DNA from: Alphaproteobacteria bacterium
GTDB lineage: Bacteria; Pseudomonadota; Alphaproteobacteria; CAAHEQ01; UBA3637
DNA length: 36,725 nucleotides
Reading direction: 5' to 3'
Assembly: GCA_045643025.1 (NCBI GenBank)
Contig: JAZUJZ010000066.1
Location: forward strand, 1 to 36,725
A program made the translations under genes and the position numbers. Numbering within the stretch: position 1 is the stretch's first letter; each line of letters starts with the position of its first letter. This document shows, in pieces, positions 29,001 to 35,712 of the stretch. Below the pieces are notes generated by a model. That model was given only the letters and a program-made list of their open reading frames with translations, searched no databases and was not told the DNA's origin.

Positions 29001-32000
29001 TCTATTTTAGATTGTGCAAAAGACATCAATTGTCCCATATCGGACAACATTCCCAAAGTTTGACCATTATTCATATGTGTGGCAAATAACCCCAGTTCCA
29101 GAAAACGTCCCAAAGTACCATTTTTCAAGTGAGCAAAAGGATAAGTATCACTCCGTCCCACCACGACACCGGAAGCATCCTGTAATTCGCCGGCTTCATT
29201 AATCAATCCTGCCACTTTACCCATATCCGTAAAACCAACCATACCAATGGGTAAATAACGTCCAACCATCACACCGTTTTCATCAAAGACATGACCATCC
29301 AATCCAACCTGGCCAACAACCTTTGTTCCGTTTTCTATTTTTCCGTCATAACGTGTCCAGCCCATGACCTGACCATTATTATCTACAGCAATACCCGGAT
29401 CCAATAAACGTCCCATCAATATTCCTTGATCATCGTAGAGGAAAATTGAATCTCCCAAACGTGTCATTTTCTCACCTGTTTCGGAAAGAAATTCTCCACG
29501 ACTGGAAACAGTTCCCAAAAATTGTCCCACCGTATCCACCGCAATTTGATGTGAAACCACTCGTCCCAAGAATTCACGCCCAGACCCGACGGCCATACCG
29601 GAAGGAAGAATATTTGCAAAAGGTCGACCATCCGGATTATTCACACCCCCTACAAAATTTGCCCACCCAATTAAACGACTTTGTTCATCCATAAACACGT
29701 TCAAATCTACCAAATGCCCTTTAACAGAGTTATCTCCACCCAGGATTGCTCCACCGGCTGCGACCACTCCGACCAAATTCCCCTTGATATCATTGACTTG
29801 ACCTTGATAGGCAACAGACCCTTCTTTACCAACCTGTTGGGGCATCACAGATCCCAAAGAACCTTCAATAGAAACAGGAACTGCAATAGATGGGAACACC
29901 ATTCCCAATACCTTATTTTCTGTGGAAACAGCCAAGCCATTGGCCAAAACACGACCAATTTTCTGGGCTTTTTCATTCACAACTTCCGTATTATTTTTGG
30001 CCAATCCAACAAACTGACCGGCTGTATTGAGAACAGCCCCCGAACGCACCATGGCTCCCAAAATTTTACCTTCTGCATTTCTGACCAACCCATTGGCATA
30101 AACTTTTCCCTCAACAATTTGATTTTGATTAATCAAAGTGCCATCAGATTGCAAGGTTCCCAAAATCATACCATTCAAATCGACAAAAGTTGTCCCTGTT
30201 TCAATCAAAACACCCACAACTTCCGTTCCAGATTCATTGATGACGCTTTTACCGGGCAAAACACGTCCCAAAATTTCACCCGAAGTTTTCGTGGTCAAAC
30301 CACTCATTTGATCATAGGAACCAATCACATCCCCTTTATCCGTAAAAATAGGACCGCTGATTGGGACATAGCCCACCATTTGATGATTGGCACCGATCAC
30401 ATATCCATTGGAATACACATCTCCAATCCAATTACTGCTCGCATCAAAAACTTTTCCACCGACAAATGACCATCCCGTAGAACGCCCGTTTTCATCAATC
30501 ACCACCCCCCGATTTGACAGAACGGTTTGTATTTTCTTTGATGAATTGACACATCCTAAAACAGCCCCTTTAGAATCATAAATTTGTCCATCCAAAGCCA
30601 CACGACCAATTAATTTATTTTGATCGTCCATCATAATACCCATGGGGGTCACTTGACCAATAACCTCACCATTTGTGTTCATGACCTCTTTTGTCCGAGA
30701 GATACAACCCACTTGTAATGCCTCGGGTGATACCACAACCCCTTTCAAAGAGATTAATCCCAACAACTGACAATCCGGTGCAATGGCCGTTCCCGTAGGA
30801 GCAACCATCCCCAAATACTTTTTCTTATCATCCAAAACTTGAGCATCCGGATATACCCGTCCGACAACCTTAAACTCATCATCCATAACCTGTCCGTTGG
30901 GATAAACGGCCCCAACCTGACCACAGGCATCCCGAATCACCCGACCCACAGGCATAATGGCCCCCACAAATTTATCCTTTGCAAACACAGAACCATCCGG
31001 ATTAATACATCCAATTAACTCACCTTTGGCATTAACGGCTTTACCGGCGGAATTCACAAACCCGACCGGTTGTGCTTTACTATCAATCACCAACCCTTGA
31101 CGCACCACCGAGCCAATTTCATTGGATTGAGCATTCACAACAGTTTTATCCAGCAACACATGACCTACACTTTGGTTAAAGCCATCTTTGACCTGACCAT
31201 TCATGGAAATCATCCCATAGGATTTACAAGAGGAACCCACCACAACACCCCGAGGCACAACACCCCCCACTAATCCACCGTTTTTCGATAACGCCAACCC
31301 CATCGGTCGCATATAGGCCACCACTTTATTTTGGGAATCAATGACTTTTCCATCCGGACGAATTGCCCCCAAGATTTTACCTTGAAAATCCATCACCAAT
31401 CCCCACGGGCTTAAATATGCAATGTCTTTACCATCTAAATCCACAACCCGTCCATCAATCAAAGGACGACCAACCACCTTCTTTTTGCCATCCACCATAT
31501 AGACAGTCTTATCATTCAGATTCACTTCCATTTTGGCAATCACATCCCCTTTTTCTGTCATGGCAGGAACATGAGGAATGGCTTTACCAATAATCTCAAA
31601 TTTTTCATTCACAATGGTATCATCGCCCAATAGGTGACCAATTTTACTGCCGTTAAAATCCACCACATCACGATTATCCAACACAGAACCCAATAATTCA
31701 TTCTTTAAGGATAAAGGAACTGTTTCAGGTTGAACAACCGCAATAATCTTTTTTGTTTTAGGATCAATCACGACATTATCAACAGGTTCAATTTCTTGCC
31801 CATCAATAATAACTTTTCCTTTGGGGTTTACCTGAACCGGATCACCATTGATTTTAACGGCCTCAGACGGAATAGCAGGCGCCGATTTTTCATCACATTT
31901 ACAACAGGTACAATCCTTTGAATCCGAAGAATTTGCCGATAATTCAATGGCGGTATGCTCTTCACGAAAAACACGAGGATTATCTTCCATCCAACGCAAA

Positions 32001-32491
32001 TCCAAGGTATTATGTATGGAACGCACTTTTTCGGGCATCCAAGAAACAATCAAGGTGCAACTATGTCCCATTTCCAATAAATCTTTTTCCATACACTCAC
32101 CGGATAATTGAAAGTTATCCTCTTTTTCAATTTCCAATTTCTTACCCAATAATTTGACGGGGGCATTCTGTGCCCGTAAAGTAATGGGAAATTCATCCAC
32201 TTGTCCCACAACAACCTTATCCATAACCACTTTATTGGGCGTCACCAGTAATTGGGCAGATCCATCGGCAAAAACAGGGGTCGGATCCGGTTCAGGATCA
32301 GGAGCATCCAAACTTCCCCGAATAATTCCCCCTTCATTTCCAATGGGAGATGTTTCAACAACCTCTGTTTCATCCTGTAATTGACAAAGGGCCAATAAAA
32401 ACAACAATAACAGCAAAATCCCGATAATCAATAAAATTCGATTACCACGTTTTTGTGTTTTTTGTGAAAGACTTTCTCTATTGGCTGCCAT
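26054..32491 (-). CDS. virB10: Giant type IV secretion protein VirB10 (2145 aa): N-terminal TM and Pro-rich region, Ig-like module, about 1,560-aa 17-residue repeat array, TrbI/VirB10 C-terminal domain, charged tail
   Basis: Uninterrupted 6,435-nt ORF. TM helix ILLIIGILLLLLFLLALC. Pro-rich DAPDPEPDPTPVF. C-terminal domain at aa ~1840-2055 (nt 26327-26974): ILIPAGSRLIGSFSSG, DIQWSRLIRPDGVAF, GIPPVVYVPAGTKFVVF. Sits between virB9 and virB11. Confidence 0.9.
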   Translation of the reverse strand: MAANRESLSQKTQKRGNRILLIIGILLLLLFLLALCQLQDETEVVETSPIGNEGGIIRGSLDAPDPEPDPTPVFADGSAQLLVTPNKVVMDKVVVGQVDEFPITLRAQNAPVKLLGKKLEIEKEDNFQLSGECMEKDLLEMGHSCTLIVSWMPEKVRSIHNTLDLRWMEDNPRVFREEHTAIELSANSSDSKDCTCCKCDEKSAPAIPSEAVKINGDPVQVNPKGKVIIDGQEIEPVDNVVIDPKTKKIIAVVQPETVPLSLKNELLGSVLDNRDVVDFNGSKIGHLLGDDTIVNEKFEIIGKAIPHVPAMTEKGDVIAKMEVNLNDKTVYMVDGKKKVVGRPLIDGRVVDLDGKDIAYLSPWGLVMDFQGKILGAIRPDGKVIDSQNKVVAYMRPMGLALSKNGGLVGGVVPRGVVVGSSCKSYGMISMNGQVKDGFNQSVGHVLLDKTVVNAQSNEIGSVVRQGLVIDSKAQPVGFVNSAGKAVNAKGELIGCINPDGSVFAKDKFVGAIMPVGRVIRDACGQVGAVYPNGQVMDDEFKVVGRVYPDAQVLDDKKKYLGMVAPTGTAIAPDCQLLGLISLKGVVVSPEALQVGCISRTKEVMNTNGEVIGQVTPMGIMMDDQNKLIGRVALDGQIYDSKGAVLGCVNSSKKIQTVLSNRGVVIDENGRSTGWSFVGGKVFDASSNWIGDVYSNGYVIGANHQMVGYVPISGPIFTDKGDVIGSYDQMSGLTTKTSGEILGRVLPGKSVINESGTEVVGVLIETGTTFVDLNGMILGTLQSDGTLINQNQIVEGKVYANGLVRNAEGKILGAMVRSGAVLNTAGQFVGLAKNNTEVVNEKAQKIGRVLANGLAVSTENKVLGMVFPSIAVPVSIEGSLGSVMPQQVGKEGSVAYQGQVNDIKGNLVGVVAAGGAILGGDNSVKGHLVDLNVFMDEQSRLIGWANFVGGVNNPDGRPFANILPSGMAVGSGREFLGRVVSHQIAVDTVGQFLGTVSSRGEFLSETGEKMTRLGDSIFLYDDQGILMGRLLDPGIAVDNNGQVMGWTRYDGKIENGTKVVGQVGLDGHVFDENGVMVGRYLPIGMVGFTDMGKVAGLINEAGELQDASGVVVGRSDTYPFAHLKNGTLGRFLELGLFATHMNNGQTLGMLSDMGQLMSFAQSKIDGQAMSNTFVANNTAQITGGIVPMGIATATTLGALGIPKINGQLFGDRKLTGNVAGNTVIYSSNGEVVGGVYQPAVIIDKKGSVAGTTGGTSGVFVQGKQVGHKLAFASALSPDSQWLGNVMPTGAVVDIDAKPVGVITADGSVIKTDGSFVGQILPDGAMAQVAQKGILNTMPYGGHTVAQGLPYGYNKKVLGRTNISGDVLDGANQKLYRILDTGLILGKEQPLSGVVLPFMTAVGYEGEVLGSLSHTGEVVSYKGDVVGPIANNGAVKGDNQFKNLGALVPEPLIVNNCKVVGQTAYDGRVINGQGSVVGRIRPDKWVVDAQGKEIGRTVRTGPVMSPRGEYLGRTLPDSTVVDVNGVEMACAKNDGSVETFDGRDIGHVVEAAPVFAPDGTMIGYSTSLGTVKDVNQKVIGTVLGDGKGTVIDPLGNVLGRVVSREEELVLDDKGHLTYTLGLNGEVKNAQGDVLFNVNLQNGEVRTLDNQVCPSMIYAQGLGCLQGCDLIGLDGDKIASIQADGTMLGADGELYASLLPDGQIFAPNGSFMGKFIGISVSFKHCGLADSAGGAGRRTIVWGNQTYVVDPDGVVLDEDNNIVGTWKDGRLFDLSGKPLSPEAVNGRERPPEPKPMKIDPEQIDAIHDIIRQKRASMRESLGKGTLLIPGAELQARSKPKKDQDWSRVGIEKTNISTWPVDMSNVILQGKAIRGVLARPIDSRYSDSPALGIVESNVYGEEGRNILIPAGSRLIGSFSSGAGVDGVAKIDIQWSRLIRPDGVAFNLQGSSSGDVMGRGGIAAYLDKQLWNKYGMPFLNTLATNMIIDLNTGNGEVAASSASTGTISEKAAARQEKRQNWIDLSDEIMQKLIDEVEGIPPVVYVPAGTKFVVFAREDLWLRSVEDDEKEVANEFGERPTAAQRPKTVEPADLRKKSQPKEDVKTTVKENNRKNKNKKSEPEPLYNGPEDMPEDIDDRVVQPVQNTQTQPL
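27167..31858 (-). repeat. Protein-level tandem array inside virB10: about 90 degenerate copies of a 17-residue (51-nt) unit, roughly p-x-G-x-V-h-D-x-x-G-x-h-h-G-x-V-x
   Basis: Sixteen consecutive units stay in register in aa 378-649 (nt 30545-31360). Examples: PVGRVIRDACGQVGAVY, PNGQVMDDEFKVVGRVY, PDAQVLDDKKKYLGMVA, PTGTAIAPDCQLLGLIS, PMGIMMDDQNKLIGRVA, LDGQIYDSKGAVLGCVN. The same G..V.D..G..hG.V pattern recurs from aa ~212 to ~1775. I saw no long exact DNA repeats. Boundaries are approximate. Confidence 0.8.
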
Positions 32492-32502
32492 TCATATTTC
32501 CT

Positions 32503-34059
32503 TTATTGAATTTTCACCACGGAGCATGCAAATCCACGTTTACCGATTTTACGACAAATAGATTCGGCCGTTTGAACATCCTTCATCATACCTGCACGCA
32601 AACGGAACAACTCTAACACCTCACCATCGGCCGTTGCATCAACGGAATAATAAGGTTCATAACCGGATAAAATATCTTTATTTTTGGAAAAGACTTTATT
32701 CCACAGGTTTTCCAATTCTGACATTTTCGTGCTGGTTCCAAACTCCACAGCCACACTTTCCATTCCCAGAATCGGCACAATCTCATTCTTACCGGCGGCT
32801 TGCACCACATCTTGATTGGCTTTCATAATATTATCCGGAATAGATTTAATGGAAGCAAAGGTTGTATTATTGGCACATCGACCGGCCCCTGTTTCATCAT
32901 AACAATACGGTTGAGCACTATCGGCCGAGGAAGCATAATTTGTCTGTGTCCAAATAGCCGGCATATCTCCCATAAATTGTTGTGAAACAGATGCCATTCC
33001 ACCCACTCCTTGAGGAGCATAATCTGTATATTGCAAACCACTTTCAGGACTGCGACGTAACTTAATACAAATCACTTTCCGACCATTTCTTAAAACTAAA
33101 TCACCAATTCCTTCTACAACGATTAATCGGCTGTTCGGACCACGTGTCCGATACCCAACGGGAACTTCAGAATCTTGTTCCAACATAGAAACAACAGGAC
33201 GTTGTGTCATTGTCAGTGCTTTGGGCCCCAAATCAATATAGGTAAAGATATTATCACGCCAAACATTATCGGGCGCAATATCCACGTCTTCCGGATTCGG
33301 AATAAACATATCCAAATCAAACCGCACACTTTCCGGATCCATAGGAACTGTTTTTAACCAATCTTGAGGAGCTCCACCGGCAACCCCACCGGTTCCATTG
33401 GCACCGGAGAGCATATTGTTGTTCCCTGTTCCATTTTTTAACGGAGCCGCCGCCATAGATGTCACCCCGTTAGCTTCTCCCATTTGACCACCCGAACTGG
33501 CCGGTGTCCACCGAGGTCCAACCAATACATCTACCACAGATTGGGTTATTTTATCGGTATTAAATCCTTCACTGCGTAAATAAAATACATAACGATTTCC
33601 GCTATGACCAAAAATAATCATATTACTGTCTACCCCGATATAATTCGGATCCGCATATAACAATAAAGAATTGGAAGACACAATTTCTCCCCCAAAAGAT
33701 TCCGGTGAACCGATATGCACTTTTTCAATTAACTCCCATGCAGGTAAATTAATTAAAGTCATCATTCCTTCACGTAAACGAACCGGTAACACGGTATCCG
33801 GGGTCCAATTATATTTGGTATAGCCGGGCTTTGTCTGTCCTTCGCCCAAATGTTCCATAGGGTTATTCCATGCCTTTTGTTGCATGCCCAATGAATGGAT
33901 ATAACTGGTATCCACCTGATCAAATTCTCCGGCAGATTCATTAATTGCATCAACAACCATTGCTGTTTCTGTATCGGCAGGTGTTTGAACTTGCGCACCG
34001 ACAGGGAAAACAATCCCCGCCCCCAATAAAAAACAAATTATTTTTGTGTATAAATGCAT
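32503..34059 (-). CDS. virB9: Type IV secretion protein VirB9 with C-terminal SPOR domain
   Basis: Signal peptide MHLYTKIICFLLGAGIVFPVGAQV. VirB9/CagX-like N-domain (YTKYNWTPDTVLPVRLREGMMTLINLPAWELIEKVHIGS...NRYVFYLRS). C-domain (PDNVWRDNIFTYIDLG...PVVSML...LIVVEGIGDLVLRNGRKVICIKL). The last 83 aa fit SPOR. Start set to ATG 34059 because GGAGGA (reverse complement of 34065-34070) lies 5 nt upstream. Confidence 0.85.
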   Translation of the reverse strand: MHLYTKIICFLLGAGIVFPVGAQVQTPADTETAMVVDAINESAGEFDQVDTSYIHSLGMQQKAWNNPMEHLGEGQTKPGYTKYNWTPDTVLPVRLREGMMTLINLPAWELIEKVHIGSPESFGGEIVSSNSLLLYADPNYIGVDSNMIIFGHSGNRYVFYLRSEGFNTDKITQSVVDVLVGPRWTPASSGGQMGEANGVTSMAAAPLKNGTGNNNMLSGANGTGGVAGGAPQDWLKTVPMDPESVRFDLDMFIPNPEDVDIAPDNVWRDNIFTYIDLGPKALTMTQRPVVSMLEQDSEVPVGYRTRGPNSRLIVVEGIGDLVLRNGRKVICIKLRRSPESGLQYTDYAPQGVGGMASVSQQFMGDMPAIWTQTNYASSADSAQPYCYDETGAGRCANNTTFASIKSIPDNIMKANQDVVQAAGKNEIVPILGMESVAVEFGTSTKMSELENLWNKVFSKNKDILSGYEPYYSVDATADGEVLELFRLRAGMMKDVQTAESICRKIGKRGFACSVVKIQ

Positions 34060-34118
34060 CTCATTCCTCCAACTTTTTATCCATCTTACTGAAAATCTCA
34101 ACGAATGTCCATTAAAAT

Positions 34119-34799
34119 TTATTCGTTTGTTTTCGCTAAAACCTCCCGATCATAGTTTGTGACCGTAAAACCCAAAGGATTTTTTAACCTTTGTTCCCAA
34201 TTCATCCCTTTACGAACCGTTTGAAAATTCACCTCTAATTTGGCCTGCAAATTACGTATATCTTTTTCAGAAGAACGTTGACGTTTGGTTGTCAGTAAAA
34301 ATTTAACAATCCATTGATTTTTTGCATCATCTTTCAACGCAGATTGAATCATCACTTCACGCGTCATTCCTTCATCCTCGGCTAACCTCATCGCATCATT
34401 CATTTCTTGTGCGACAAAGGCCTCATAATAAGACCGTTGTGTCATTAAATCAATAATTCCACCTACCCCCCAACGCCTTTTTAACTCTTCCAAATCAGAT
34501 CCAATCGTATAACGAGCCAAAATATATTGGCGGACATAGGATTCCTCTAACTGCTTACGATTAAAATTTTCCAATTTCGGACGCACAATATCAATCACCT
34601 GTTGATCTTTATCCTGAATATTGATTAAAAAGGGCTGAATCCGTGTTAAAGGTTGTAACGATCCCAAGGCCACCAATAACAAAATATTAGCCAACAAAGC
34701 CAAAATACCCACCACACAAAACGCCCGACTCATCCACAGATAACGTTCGGTTTTGAGGGCTTCATAGGAAGATTCTTGATCTCTTTGTTCTGTTGGCAT
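34119..34799 (-). CDS. virB8: Type IV secretion protein VirB8
   Basis: 226 aa, bitopic (TM AFCVVGILALLANILLLVALG). Periplasmic NTF2-like domain with ESYVRQYILARY and the hallmark NPLGFTVTNY near the C-terminus. Confidence 0.9.
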   Translation of the reverse strand: MPTEQRDQESSYEALKTERYLWMSRAFCVVGILALLANILLLVALGSLQPLTRIQPFLINIQDKDQQVIDIVRPKLENFNRKQLEESYVRQYILARYTIGSDLEELKRRWGVGGIIDLMTQRSYYEAFVAQEMNDAMRLAEDEGMTREVMIQSALKDDAKNQWIVKFLLTTKRQRSSEKDIRNLQAKLEVNFQTVRKGMNWEQRLKNPLGFTVTNYDREVLAKTNE

Positions 34800-34812
34800 T
34801 TTTCCTTTAATC

Positions 34813-34998
34813 CTACGTTGTCATTAAAAAATCGGGTAATTTTTCTGTTTTTTTCAATTCCAGACAGGCACATGGTGATTTTTTGAGTTCTGAATATTCA
34901 CGTCCGATGCCGACGGGGGAATTTTCATAAATAGAACCACATGCCCCAAGAATAGCCAAAACACCGATAACAACACCTAAATACAACAGTTTTTTCAT
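34813..34998 (-). CDS. Small lipoprotein, VirB7-like by position
   Basis: Start at ATG 34998 (GGAGG 5 nt upstream). MKKLLYLGVVIGVLAILGAC has a lipobox (L-G-A-C). The mature peptide is about 42 aa. It lies between two virB8 paralogues, where rvh-type clusters place rvhB7. Confidence 0.6.
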   Translation of the reverse strand: MKKLLYLGVVIGVLAILGACGSIYENSPVGIGREYSELKKSPCACLELKKTEKLPDFLMTT

Positions 34999-35058
34999 AT
35001 AACCTCCTCTGTCATAGATGTAGTGTAGCACAGAAAATAAAAATATCCAATACTTTTT

Positions 35059-35703
35059 TTATTCTTTTCTATCTGTTTCCGAAAAAGTCCGAATCAAAGT
35101 CCCATAGGGATTGGAAAAATCCGTTCTGAATAATTTTCTTTTTAAGTTATGCGTAATTTTAATGGCGGCTGTCTTTTTTTGAATTCCCGCCACTTCCCCC
35201 GTCCGAGAGGTCGTATAAATATCAAAATCAATATAATATAAATTGGCATCTCGGGCATCTTGTTTCACCTGTAAAATATCCACCGTTACCACAGAACTGG
35301 GCAAATTTTTTAACCTTTTTTCCAACCCATTTGCAAAATCCGAATAAATCGCCGGTGTGGAAAGACGGGCCAAATAACTCCTGCCCCCCCAACGACGTGT
35401 CATTTCTGCAGAATCCGGAATGCTGCTGTATCGTGTTTCCACGTAATAACGCAAAAGCATTTCATCAATAAATCCCCGATTTAACCGAGAACTTTTCAGG
35501 GAATCTTCGGATTCAAAGGGCACCACCTCACTTTGTTGTTCTGATTTCATTGCCTGCTCGGTATAAAATTGAGCCAACACCCGTAAATCACGACTGTGTT
35601 GTACAAGAGTAAAAGTCAAAAAAAATGTCAGCGACAAAACCACAACCGATCCGATAAGGGAAATCTTAAAATAGAAAAATGCCTTATCGGATGTCATAGA
35701 CAA
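35059..35703 (-). CDS. Divergent VirB8-like paralogue
   Basis: 214 aa, same bitopic architecture (TM ISLIGSVVVLSLTFFLTFTLV). MLLRYYVETRY (cf YVRQYILARY) and a degenerate C-terminal FSNPYGTLIRTF (cf NPLGFTVTNY). Confidence 0.7.
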   Translation of the reverse strand: MSMTSDKAFFYFKISLIGSVVVLSLTFFLTFTLVQHSRDLRVLAQFYTEQAMKSEQQSEVVPFESEDSLKSSRLNRGFIDEMLLRYYVETRYSSIPDSAEMTRRWGGRSYLARLSTPAIYSDFANGLEKRLKNLPSSVVTVDILQVKQDARDANLYYIDFDIYTTSRTGEVAGIQKKTAAIKITHNLKRKLFRTDFSNPYGTLIRTFSETDRKE

Positions 35704-35712
35704 ATCCCTTCA

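Noticed and set aside
27167-31858. 51-nt periodicity considered as a CRISPR array or DNA tandem repeat/minisatellite
   Set aside because: No conserved direct repeat alternating with unique spacers, and I found no long exact DNA repeats by eye. The periodicity exists only at the degenerate amino-acid level inside an intact ORF.
26178-32384. Numerous plus-strand ORFs (60-262 aa, e.g. 29681..30469) across the virB10 locus
   Set aside because: All lie antisense to one continuous 2145-aa ORF with recognisable VirB10 ends. Their translations are low-complexity (H/N/I/F/R/P-rich) with no motifs. Long antisense ORFs are expected opposite a Gly/Val/Asp-rich repeat-coding region.
34060-34101. N-terminal 14-aa extension of the virB9 ORF (MRFSVRWIKSWRNE)
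   Set aside because: The ATG at 34059 has a GGAGGA Shine-Dalgarno 5 nt upstream and starts a typical signal peptide. The extension would bury the signal peptide.
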